This document shows, piece after piece, positions 35,814 to 47,700 of a stretch of 64,000 bases of DNA. The notes under the pieces are model-generated. The model was not told the origin of the DNA, did no database searches, and saw only the letters and a list, made by a program, of their open reading frames with translations. Position 1 is the stretch's first letter, and each line of letters starts with the position of its first letter. The position numbers were made by a program, and so were the translations under genes. This DNA is from Macrostomum lignano (Eukaryota): the NCBI GenBank assembly GCA_002269645.1, contig NIVC01001424.1:62001-126000 (forward strand), read 5' to 3'.

Positions 35814-36777
35814 TATTTCTAAAACTTGTATATTTTAAAAGTAAAGCTTAGTACTGCTTAATAATGCTTAGTATCAGTTACTATACCTTTTTGTTTCCTA
35901 TTTGGTTTTTACTGCGTCCAATTTGGTGCGTTGCAAATAGCCCAGCAGAAGTCATGTTCACCAAAGACTAAGAACTGAAGTCACCGACCAATTTGGTTTA
36001 TTTCACGTCACGTATGCATTCACTATCCTCTCTCTGTCCACCAGACGGATTTTAGCGTATGGTCCTCTCTGCGCCATTCTTTGCTTCAGCTATGCCTTCC
36101 ACCTATGGCCCAAATTGCTCGCAGTTAAAACCAAATTGATTTCTGTTGTCTATGGCTTTCTATGGTTTGTCTATGCAGAATCTCGTACTACGCTGCCACG
36201 TCAGACTGCTGACGGCCACGCACCAATTTGCATGATGAAAAAACCAAATAGGAAGCAAAAAAGTATATTTTTTAAATTCAAAGAATAAGGAGTTTTGGCC
36301 AGAGACAATTTTTAAGATTTCATTCTTTCTTTCTTTGTCTAGAGTGCTGGTGTGCAAATGTGGGGGTTCCGCCCCAACACCCCCGCAAGGGGCTCAGCGC
36401 CCCCTTGACCCCACTCTCTTCTGACTTTGCCATAGACATTTTGACTGAATACATTGGAGTAAATGGGATTTTACCATAGACAGTCTCGAAAATCCCTCAA
36501 ATTTTGCTGGATGCAAAGCGCTTTTATAGCGCAGTGAAAAAATCTGAATTAAATGGCGTGATTTCGACTTGTTTCGAATTTGTGAATTTGAATTGCATTC
36601 AACTACCAGAAAACCTGTGCTTGCTGTACCTTGGCAGGGTTGTACCCTGGGACCTCTGATTGGTCGAACAGCGATGCGCCATCTCTTAATTGCGCACATT
36701 AAAGTCTGTTGGCTCTTATCTGCCTGGCAATTCACAACTGCCGAATTCGTGCTTCAAGTTCCTCTCCTAGCAGAGAA

Positions 36778-37518
36778 ATGTTCCGCCCAGCAGCGACTCT
36801 CTCCGTTCTGTTCTGCACTGCATTCCTGCTGACTTGCGTCACCTGCAGACTCGTCAGCTTCTCCTACCTGGGCTGCTATAAAGACAATCCGTCCACCAGA
36901 GATCTGAACGGGCTCAGTGGAGTCAGCAAGATCGGCGGGTTCAGTGTCCATCAACCTTCTGGTAGTGTCTATTTGAGCATGATGTCGCACAAGCTGTGCA
37001 GCAGCATCTGCTCGATCGGCAGCTTCTCGTACTTTGGGGTGCAGTACGGGGATGAGTGCTACTGCGGCAACTCCTTCGGATCCCATGGCTTGGCGAGCGA
37101 AGCCGACTGCAGCATGGATTGCCCAGGAAACGCGGTGCAGAAATGCGGCGGGTCCAACAGAAACTCCGTGTTCTCCCTGAGCTACCCAGGTAACTGTTCT
37201 GATTTCTACAGCTCAGTGCCTAGTCAGTTTAAAAACATGTTTACTAATGAGAAGCTGCATCTACCTCCAATTTCAGTTTCGGACAACAACACCTACACGG
37301 TAGTGAAGCAGTCCAGCCCTCCCGTGACATCCGGTGCCACTTCCGTCTGGCCTGTCGCTGCCCAGTCCGTCGAGGACTGCCTGCTCCGGTGCAGCGCCAG
37401 AGCCGACTGCCGGGCCGCCGTTTTCTCCCGACAGGAGCTCGCCTGCCGCCTGCTGGAGTTCGTGTACCCGCCTGGCCACCTGAGCGGGCCCGAGTGGACT
37501 CTGTTCGTGCGTGGCTGA
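36778..37518 (+). CDS. Secreted WSC + PAN-like protein G8 (exons 36778-37189, 37277-37518; ~217 aa)
   Basis: MFRPAATLSVLFCTAFLLTCVTC signal, WSC domain, YPG|gtaact donor and an 87-nt in-frame intron. Exon 2: VSDNNTY...DCLLRCSARADCRAAVF..LACRLL. Confidence 0.88.
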   Translation: MFRPAATLSVLFCTAFLLTCVTCRLVSFSYLGCYKDNPSTRDLNGLSGVSKIGGFSVHQPSGSVYLSMMSHKLCSSICSIGSFSYFGVQYGDECYCGNSFGSHGLASEADCSMDCPGNAVQKCGGSNRNSVFSLSYPGNCSDFYSSVPSQFKNMFTNEKLHLPPISVSDNNTYTVVKQSSPPVTSGATSVWPVAAQSVEDCLLRCSARADCRAAVFSRQELACRLLEFVYPPGHLSGPEWTLFVRG

Positions 37519-37982
37519 GCTGGAGCGGTGCGGTGACCGACTGGCTCAGCTGATGAGCTGAGCATGGACTCAAGCAAACCGTATCAAACCGTCTTTGATG
37601 CGAAGTCCCACAGCCCTGATCTAACTAAAAATAAAAGCCTTAAAAATATTTGTGACGCTACAGGCATGACTAAATTCGGTAGATTGCTTTCGCCCTACCG
37701 GTACAGTCACTCAAAGTCAATGTGTAACTGACTTTACGTTTACTAACTCATCGTGTAACCAACCGAAGGTTGCAGGAGCAAGTACTCAACGCCACCGAGT
37801 GTTTGAGTTGCTAACGCTCAATTAGCTAATGGGCGTTACTTTGCAGAATTAGAAGTAATCATTAGGAATGAATGTGTATACTGCATTAGCAAATGATGCA
37901 TTGCATTAATTAATGCATTTCAGCTGGGAGATATTCCTGTTGCTACCCAAATTATGTTTCAGTCACAGTGGACTTTAATTCG

Positions 37983-38023
<41 letters not shown>

Positions 38024-38639
38024 TGCACGAGGCACTTATTGGCCAAGTGTGCAAAAGCTTGCACATATTGGGACTGCTTCGACACACGAAAAATCACACA
38101 CACACACGTCCCCACACAGGCAATTTTCAACCCACCAAATCGATTTTTATTGACAACATGCTTTTGGCTTACTGAAAACAGTTGGAAAGCATTTTTCGAG
38201 GTGCATTGAACTCACAACAGATTGTACATGTATACTTGTCTAAAACAGAATTAAAAAACCCTGGTGTCTTGCTGAATTCCACTAAGGCAATAATATCAGC
38301 GCGTCAAATTTCACCAGATAATTTCAGCGATCATAGATTATAGAAGACAGGATGGTAAATGGCAAGGGACTTTAAGGTTATCGAAAACAAACGACATTGA
38401 CACATATCAAAAAAATTTTACGATCTGAATAAACAAAATTTGCTACATTTAGTGCCACTGGGAAAAAACAATTCTGTAGCGAAACTCCACTGTTCATAAA
38501 AATGTACTTTATTGATTATGACACAATCACTAGAATTACTCAAAAGGTACATGTCAGCTATTCGGACCCACAGAATGCTACGTAAAAGGATGCGGAAATG
38601 AACCACACTATAGCAGAAGCAGAAGCCAGCACACACTAT

Positions 38640-39085
38640 AGTATAGGGCTGTCCCAACAATTCCAGCATAGCCAGTGTACATAGGGCTGTCCCAACAATT
38701 CCAGCATAGCCAGTGTACATAGGGCTGTCCCAACAATTCCACCATAGCCAGTGTACATAGGGCTGTCCCAACAATTCCAGCATAGCCAGTGTACATAGGG
38801 CTGTCCCAACAATTCCACCATAGCCAGTGTGCATAGGGCTGTCCCAACAATTCCACCAAAGCTAGTGTGGATAGAGCTGTCCCAACAATCCCACCATAGC
38901 CAGTGTGCATAGGGCTGTCCCAACAATCCCACCATAGCCAGTGTGCATAGGGCTGTCCCAACAATCCCACCATAGCCAGTGTGCATAGGGCTGTCCCAAC
39001 AATCCCACCATAGCCAGTGTGCATAGGGCTGTCCCAACAATCCCACCATAGCTAGTGTGGAAGGGCTGCCCTAACAATTTTACCA
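38640..39085. repeat. 37/38-bp minisatellite (agggctgtcccaacaattccagcatagccagtgtacat)
   Basis: ~12 tandem copies. Confidence 0.95.
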
Positions 39086-39093
39086 TAGAAGTA

Positions 39094-40087
39094 CGAGGGG
39101 TGTCCAAAAAGTAGTGATACTTTTAACCGTAGCTCTCGTTCTGTAGCTTCCTGTGATTTAAAATTTTATGAACTGATAGCGGAAAATCTCTTCTACAGAC
39201 TGCTTTTTGAATTTTTAAAATTGATACTAGAGAACAAAAGTTATACCCACGAAAGTAACAGTACCTGTACCATAGAGTTACACAAATTATATCGAAATTT
39301 ATAGTAGTTGACTTCTGCACTCATTCATTAAGAAGGCATCGATAAATGTCTTGTTTAAGCAATACCAAACCCCAATTGCAAAATGTTGCTCACTGTGACT
39401 GACTGAAATTTATCTATGGACGGGATCAGGCGCAGAAAAATAAAGCATTAAATGCATTACTTTACTTGCAAACAGAGGATCGCTTGCATTTTGCGATTCG
39501 TTCATGATTTCATTGCCCATACTCGACAACACACATGAATGTGCACTCAGTTGTTGCTCAGCAAAGTACTATCTTCACTCTTTGGGGCGCTGGCCATGGT
39601 GCCTCAGAAATTCACGCAAAACTTTGCTCTGCGCACGGATCCTCTGCGGTCAGCAAAATGACAGTTTATCGATGGATGGAGCAGTTCAGCGAGGGAAGGA
39701 TTGACTTGGCAGATCAGCATTGGACGGGGCGGCCATACGTTCATCGACCTGATGTACTGGCGGACTCCATTCTGAATCTTCTTGACGAGGACTCCCGAAT
39801 GACCATTAGAGAGATCGCTGACAGGTTGGACAAGCCGAAATCAACAATTCATCGAAGCTTACTCGGCATGGATCTCGTGAAGCTCAGCCTATAATTTGTG
39901 TAACTCTATGGTACAGGTACTGTTACTTTTGTGGGTATAACTTTTGTTCTCTGGGATCAATTTTAAAAATTCAAAAAGCAGTCTGTAGAAGAGATTTTCC
40001 GCTATCAGTTCATAAAATTTTAAATCACAGGAAGCTACAGAACGAGAGCTACGGTTAAAAGTATCACTATTTTTTGGACACCCCTCG
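39094..40087 (+). mobile_element. Internally deleted mariner element with ~198-bp TIRs, retaining only the DNA-binding N-terminus
   Basis: TA|cgaggggtgtccaaaaa...tttttggacacccctcg|TA; arms 39094-39291 and 39890-40087. The ORF at 39535-39894 (ASEIHAKL..HGSSAVSKMTVYRWMEQFSEGR..GRP..DSRMTIREIA) is a mariner double HTH; no DDD domain. Confidence 0.9.
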
Positions 40088-40317
40088 TATATCTAGGCCT
40101 ATAAATAACCAGTGGATGTATCAACCAGATAGAAGAATTTCTGAACGCTTCCATCATTTTATATGCGAATGTTTAATTCATAAAGTAAAATAAAGAGGCA
40201 CCACAAATAAAGAGGCTTTTGGAAAACGGAACAAAACTGAAGGGAAACAAATTTATTTTTTTTAAAAAGTTGCAACTTATGTTTGAATGTTTGTAATAAA
40301 AAAGTTTTGAATAAATA

Positions 40318-40728
40318 AAAACAATGTTTAGAGCAGGTGGCGAATAAAATGGTTGAATAAATAGAAACACAATGTTTAGAGCAGGTGGCGAATAAAATGG
40401 TTGAATAAGTAGAAACACAATGTTTAGAGCAGGTGGCGAATAAAATGGTTGAATAAGTAGAAACACAATGTTTAGAGCAGGTGGCGAATAAAATGGTTGA
40501 ATAAGTAGAAACACAATGTTTAGAGCAGGTGGCGAATAAAATGGTTGAATAAGTAGAAACACAATGTTTAGAGCAGGTGGCGAATAAAATGGTTGAATAA
40601 GTAGAAACACAATGTTTAGAGCAGGTGGCGAATAAAATGGTTGAATAAGTAGAAACACAATGTTTAGAGCAGGTGGCGAATAAAATGGTTGAATAAGTAG
40701 AAACACAATGTTTAGAGCAGGTGGTGAT
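40318..40728. repeat. 48-bp tandem repeat
   Basis: acaatgtttagagcaggtggcgaataaaatggttgaataagtagaaac, ~8.5 near-identical copies. Confidence 0.97.
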
Positions 40729-41421
40729 AAAATTTTTGAATGAATGACAACACAGTTTTTAAGCCAGGTGGCTATTAAAAAAAACAAATTAGAGAATTGT
40801 GCTCGACACGCGGAATCAACGACCTAATAGTAGCTTCGAGCTATGCAACTAGTATCTAGTAACTAGTTATTTCAGCCGCAAAAAGTTTTTGATCCAAGGA
40901 TTTTTACAAATTTTGCCTGTCTTCCATTAAGCTTTAATTAGTAATTAAACCACAGATACTAGAACAAACTAGATGATTCACTCAGCACATTTGCCTGCAA
41001 GGTACTTTCAGTTTAGTAGTTTAAGTTAACCGAGGCATTTTAATGAAGTTTTGAAGACAAACTAAGGCAAGGTTTATTTATTGGCTTTTACCCCCCAAGC
41101 TTAAACCCTCAAATTCCACACAGAACCTCTACCCCCGCCCCGCCACCCAATTTTTATTGCCTTTCTCGGTAGTTCCAGGGTAAATCTGCCATGTACATTT
41201 CAGTGGCTAATGTACATTATGGCTGGACCAATCAGCAAGTTGTTTACGCCTGCAAGCTTGGGCTTCTAAAGTTATCAAAGTCATTTATTTCAGCTGTTGT
41301 ATATAGCTGTGCTTCAGTGGCTCATCTAGCTGTTCTAGAATCTGTGAGCTAAAGTAAGCCAATTAGCTAAAATTAGCTAAAGTTAAATATTTGCTTTTCT
41401 TAAAATAGAAATTTCGACTAG

Positions 41422-44400
41422 CTATTTCTTTTTTGAAAGCGCAACGCGCAAATTGTCTTTAATTTGGCGCCAGTCAACAGCAGCAACAGATTCGGGTCGA
41501 AGCTCTAAAATGACTTGCTTGCCAGGAAGATCCCCGCTGGCTAGAAAGCTGGCAAATGCCTTGCGCAAGTCGCTTTTTTGGCTGTCGGTCAGCTTCTTTG
41601 CTGTAATGGTAGCACATATTTTATAGACTAAGAGGTTGCTGCTTACGTTCACAGAAAGTATGCAAAACATGTCCACAAAAAGTTTTAATTCTTATAATTA
41701 ACTTAGCATACAATTAAAAGGGCCAAATGATTTGGAAATTTTAAGATGTGCATTGTGCACTCTGCTTAGAAATGTTTGCATTTGCATAAGTTTTTTTTGG
41801 ACAGTAAAAGCCCCAGGCAAAATGAACTTATACGAGTATCTATGCGATGTTCACGCGATTTCTTTTTTCTTCAACTCCAGTAAATGCATGTACTTTGACT
41901 GAGTTAATCGCATACGATTCGCTAGACACTATGCGATTATATACCGTTAACATATGATAAAATGCGATCAGAAAAATATATCTAACCTCTTATAAACAAT
42001 CTATTTGAGCAGTAAAAAATATTTGTATCTGCATGAATCAAATTAAGCTATATACTGACTCACCAGATTTTGTGCGTCTCTTTGCGCTTGTTTTAGTTGT
42101 AGCGGCTGAACCAGTTCCCAAAGCGAAAGTTGGCGAAGTCGAAACAACTGTTGTGGCCGAAGTCGAAGCAGCTGTTGTGGCCGAAGTCGAAGCAGCTGTT
42201 GTGGCCGAAGTGTCCGGCACCGCCGATAACTCTGCTGTCTCATCATGGTCATCCAACGGCGGCTCTGATAAATCTTCTAATGTTATTTCTTCCAGACCCT
42301 TTCCTTTAAATTTCTTCAGGTTCCCACTCTCCATCAACTCCAAAATCTTCGAAACCTTTGCTAGCTCGAGAGTATTTTGATGTAATCTGTAGAACTGTCT
42401 GTGGACAGTAATATCATGGCCGAGATGGCGAGCTAGCCAATCTAGCTCATTGTCTTTTAAGTCAAGAAGTTGCGAAACAGTCGCACAATGCTTCCTTAAA
42501 AATCTTGAGCGAAGGAGATCCGCTCGTTGCAGTTGGAGTGAGCTCATTTTCACTACTTTGTCGATTGCCACAGGACATCTGTAGACGGATTGTTCATAGC
42601 CAGGAATCGCAAACACAAATACGTTCTTTCGGCTTACACCGGCAGCCTCGCGACAGTCTTTTAGGCACATCAGTCCATCCCAACAAATTCGATCGATAAC
42701 GATAGGCACAGATCGTCCTCTTTTGCCTGATATATTTATGACCTTTAACCTGCTGGCGAGTTCCTTCTCGAGTGGCGTCAAATACTGATGCAGGTCATCC
42801 TGCGTGTGAGATGCCGAAGCTGCATCTAACATCGCCATTACCATTTGAGAAATCTCACTGGATCGGCGCCGGTTGAAAAAAGTTAGTTTTGTCATGATTA
42901 GGTAGACTAGTTCACGGTACAACAAAGGAACATTTGAATCCAATGTTCCTGTCTTGAGCTCTTCGATTTTATCGACAATCGCCGACTTCATAAAAGTGGA
43001 AAGTTTTACTATGTCGTCCGTCAGCGGTACACAGTCCTGCACAAGTGCTGCTCTTTCACTTATTGTCTTGAGGCTCTTCGCAGTAACGAGATGGTGGTAC
43101 TCAGTATTTTTCAGCTCAAGAAAGTCAGATGCGGACTTTTTAAGGCCATCATTAGAAGTCCTAATCGCTTCACCGATTAGGATATTGCACAGATGCGGTA
43201 TTGAATGACCCATGCGTAGTGCGAATGTTGGGGCCTCATTCGATAACTTTCGGATAACTTCGATCCAATCATCAAAATACTGTGGTTGCAGAAAGTGTCT
43301 TAAGCTATAATCACCATGCAACTGCTGTAGCTGAATAAAAACACGAGCTGCATCCCTGATTTTACTAGACACGTGCTGCCGGTTCACCTTTTTTTGCTTA
43401 GACAAATAACGATCACCTAAACGAAGTAAGAGCTCATCTTTGCAGATTGTATCAAACAGATCATCACAAATGAGTCTTGAGAGAACTGTCTTAAAGAGTT
43501 CCGAATCTGGTTCCAGAAGTTTTGAAGCAGGCTCTGGATTTTTTAGCAGAATTCGAGACAGCTGCACGTAGTGATTGTTCGTAGGATTTTTTAGGCGCGC
43601 TTCTGCACTCTCTGACTCGGAGGGCGAAGAGTTCTCAGTGTCTTCATCGGAGTCATTCTCGTCTTCCTTAATAATTTCAGATAGGCTACCGGAGCATGCA
43701 TTTCTGTGGCGGTAGAGAAGATCCTTCTTTATGAATTGAAAGCATCGATGACAGGGAAGAAAACTCCCAGGAGAATTTTCATCGTCCTTTTGTCTCCTTG
43801 CAATTATTAATTCACCTTCTCGTTTTGCCAAAACCATTTTATTGTGAATATAATCGCCTTCGCTTTCAAGGGCCTTAAATGCCTTTCTACGAATGGACTT
43901 ACGGCGGATCTGCTGCAAGCGCTTAACGTCAGACTCTGCTTTATGAGCGGTTTTGTAGTGCCGAGAGATTTTCGTCAACATTTTGCCACAATATTTGCAG
44001 TAATGAAGCTTTGTCGTCGAACTGACAAGCTTCTGCAAAACAACACTGCATCCTGCGTCATCCTCAGGCTTCAAGGAAACAGGTAGAGTAACTGAGACAC
44101 TTTCTTCTTCAATCCGCGCGGAACTAACATTGACATTAGCCGAAAAGGTCACTTGATCACCATCTTCAGCTTTCGCAGTTACAAAATCAACGAGTTGGGA
44201 CGGCATCGAATGCGCAGAAAAATCTTGAACCACAGACAAGGCATTCATCTGAGGATAAAAATTCGAATTGTCGGCGGCCAAATTCTCGTAATTTGAGCAA
44301 CCCACTACAGCTCCAGCTGAACAATCGGTTCCAGTATTGCTTTCCAGATGATATGGATCACTATCATCAGCAGCAAAAGCCAGAGCCCCAAAATGTGGCT

Positions 44401-44711
44401 CACAGCACGACTTCGGATTCGAGACCGGTTTTAAAATCGCAAAGTTTGCATCTTCAGAACAATACGCCACAGGTGCACAAAGGAACTGATCGATTTCGCG
44501 ACAACCTTGGGGCTGATTAACTGTCTGGCTGAAGCCGGCTGGAGGCTGCTGTTGAGCAGGCTGAATGGCACTAGCTAGTTCAGCGACAAGGCTTGAACCA
44601 GTGGCGTCTGTGCTTGCGGAGACCGCATTCAAGTTGGGCTCAATCCGCGACGCGTCAGCGGAACTCTCGACTTCAGAAGCTGTGTCAAAGGAGTTGTGTA
44701 GTGTAGACACA
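41422..44711 (-). CDS. Tyrosine recombinase (Crypton-like) protein: main exon 44711-42064 and terminal exon ~41600-41422
   Basis: N-terminal Cys/His clusters (CKYC..RHYKTAH; FLPCHRC..RHRNAC). YR core: FFNRRRSSE (Arg), SGKRGRSVP (Lys), LRSRFLRKH, HLGHDITVHRQFY (His...Tyr at integrase-like spacing). The donor KSG|gtgagt splices in phase to AKKLTDSQ..LPGKQ..WRQIKDNL. Confidence 0.78.
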
Positions 44712-47700
44712 CTTCATGAACGTAATCATTGGCTGAGCAAAGTTTCACAGATTCCCAAACTCAAACTCGAGCTACTTAGAAAGCTACTATTCTGTTTTGT
44801 TTATTTAGAGAGAGCTATGCTTTGCTGGCTCAACTACAAGAACCATTTTCTAGTCACAGCCAGAGCCGCGTTAAAAATAACAGACTCCATGTCCCATTAA
44901 GTGCGTCCCAATAAATGCCTCAAACATCACATCCGCACAATGTTGTCCCAATAAGTGCCCAAGTGTATGTGTTTTTCTGTCCTGCCGATGCCCGCCCAAA
45001 ATATCCATTGCCTTATTTGCCAAGGCTCCCAAACACTCCCGCTTAAAGTACATGTACCTTCATGCAGACAAAGCAATGCTCATGCAGTGCTCACCTTGAG
45101 CAGATCGCCGTTTCCTCTTAGCATTTGCACTTTCGCTTGAATGACTTTCTGTAGCACCACTTGGGAGCTGACTAACTGTCTGGCTGAAGCCGGCTGGAGG
45201 CTGCTGTTGAGCAGGCGGAATGGCACTAGCTAGTTCAGCGACAAGGCTTGAACCAGTGGCGTCTGTGCTTGCGGAGACCGCATTCAAGTTGGGCTCAATC
45301 CGCGACGCGTCAGCGGAACTCTCGACTTCAGAAGCTGTGTGAAAGGAGTTGTGTAGTGTAGACACACTTCATGAACGTAATCATTGGCTGAGCAAAGTTT
45401 CACAGATTCCCAAACTCAAACTCGAGCTACTTAGAAAGCTACTATTCTGTTTTGTTTATTTAGAGAGAGCTATGCTTTGCTGGCTCAACTACAAGAACCA
45501 TTTTCTAGTCACAGCCAGAGCCGCGTTAAAAATAACAGACTCCATGTCCCATTAAGTGCGTCCCAATAAATGCCTCAAACATCACATCCGCACAATGTTG
45601 TCCCAATAAGTGCCCAAGTGTATGTGTTTTTCTGTCCTGCCGATGCCCGCCCAAAATATCCATTGCCTTATTTGCCAAGGCTCCCAAACACTCCCGCTTA
45701 AAGTACATGTACCTTCATGCAGACAAAGCAATGCTCATGCAGTGCTCACCTTGAGCAGATCGCCGTTTCCTCTTAGCATTTGCACTTTCGCTTGAATGAC
45801 TTTCTGTAGCACCACTTGGGAGCTGACTAACTGTCTGGCTGAAGCCGGCTGGAGGCTGCTGTTGAGCAGGCGGAATGGCACTAGCTAGTTCAGCGACAAG
45901 GCTTGAACCAGTGGCGTCTGTGCTTGCGGAGACCGCATTCAAGTTGGGCTCAATCCGCGACGCGTCAGCGGAACTCTCGACTTCAGAAGCTGTGTCAAAG
46001 GAGTTGTGTAGTGTAGACACACTTCATGAACGTAATCATTGGCTGAGCAAAGTTTCACAGATTCCCAAACTCAAACTCGAGCTACTTAGAAAGCTACTAT
46101 TCTGTTTTGTTTATTTAGAGAGAGCTATGCTTTGCTGGCTCAACTACAAGAACCATTTTCTAGTCACAGCCAGAGCCGCGTTAAAAATAACAGACTCCAT
46201 GTCCCATTAAGTGCGTCCCAATAAATGCCTCAAACATCACATCCGCACAATGTTGTCCCAATAAGTGCCCAAGTGTATGTGTTTTTCTGTCCTGCCGATG
46301 CCCGCCCAAAATATCCATTGCCTTATTTGCCAAGGCTCCCAAACACTCCCGCTTAAAGTACATGTACCTTCATGCAGACAAAGCAATGCTCATGCAGTGC
46401 TCACCTTGAGCAGATCGCCGTTTCCTCTTAGCATTTGCACTTTCGCTTGAATGACTTTCTGTAGCACCACTTGGGAGCTGACTAACTGTCTGGCTGAAGC
46501 CGGCTGGAGGCTGCTGTTGAGCAGGCGGAATGGCACTAGCTAGTTCAGCGACAAGGCTTGAACCAGTGGCGTCTGTGCTTGCGGAGACCGCATTCAAGTT
46601 GGGCTCAATCCGCGACGCGTCAGCGGAACTCTCGACTTCAGAAGCTGTGTCAAAGGAGTTGTGTAGTGTAGACACACTTCATGAACGTAATCATTGGCTG
46701 AGCAAAGTTTCACAGATTCCCAAACTCAAACTCGAGCTACTTAGAAAGCTACTATTCTGTTTTGTTTATTTAGAGAGAGCTATGCTTTGCTGGCTCAACT
46801 ACAAGAACCATTTTCTAGTCACAGCCAGAGCCGCGTTAAAAATAACAGACTCCATGTCCCATTAAGTGCGTCCCAATAAATGCCTCAAACATCACATCCG
46901 CACAATGTTGTCCCAATAAGTGCCCAAGTGTATGTGTTTTTCTGTCCTGCCGATGCCCGCCCAAAATATCCATTGCCTTATTTGCCAAGGCTCCCAAACA
47001 CTCCCGCTTAAAGTACATGTACCTTCATGCAGACAAAGCAATGCTCATGCAGTGCTCACCTTGAGCAGATCGCCGTTTCCTCTTAGCATTTGCACTTTCG
47101 CTTGAATGACTTTCTGTAGCACCACTTGGGAGCTGACTAACTGTCTGGCTGAAGCCGGCTGGAGGCTGCTGTTGAGCAGGCGGAATGGCACTAGCTAGTT
47201 CAGCGACAAGGCTTGAACCAGTGGCGTCTGTGCTTGCGGAGACCGCATTCAAGTTGGGCTCAATCCGCGACGCGTCAGCGGAACTCTCGACTTCAGAAGC
47301 TGTGTCAAAGGAGTTGTGTAGTGTAGACACACTTCATGAACGTAATCATTGGCTGAGCAAAGTTTCACAGATTCCCAAACTCAAACTCGAGCTACTTAGA
47401 AAGCTACTATTCTGTTTTGTTTATTTAGAGAGAGCTATGCTTTGCTGGCTCAACTACAAGAACCATTTTCTAGTCACAGCCAGAGCCGCGTTAAAAATAA
47501 CAGACTCCATGTCCCATTAAGTGCGTCCCAATAAATGCCTCAAACATCACATCCGCACAATGTTGTCCCAATAAGTGCCCAAGTGTATGTGTTTTTCTGT
47601 CCTGCCGATGCCCGCCCAAAATATCCATTGCCTTATTTGCCAAGGCTCCCAAACACTCCCGCTTAAAGTACATGTACCTTCATGCAGACAAAGCAATGCT

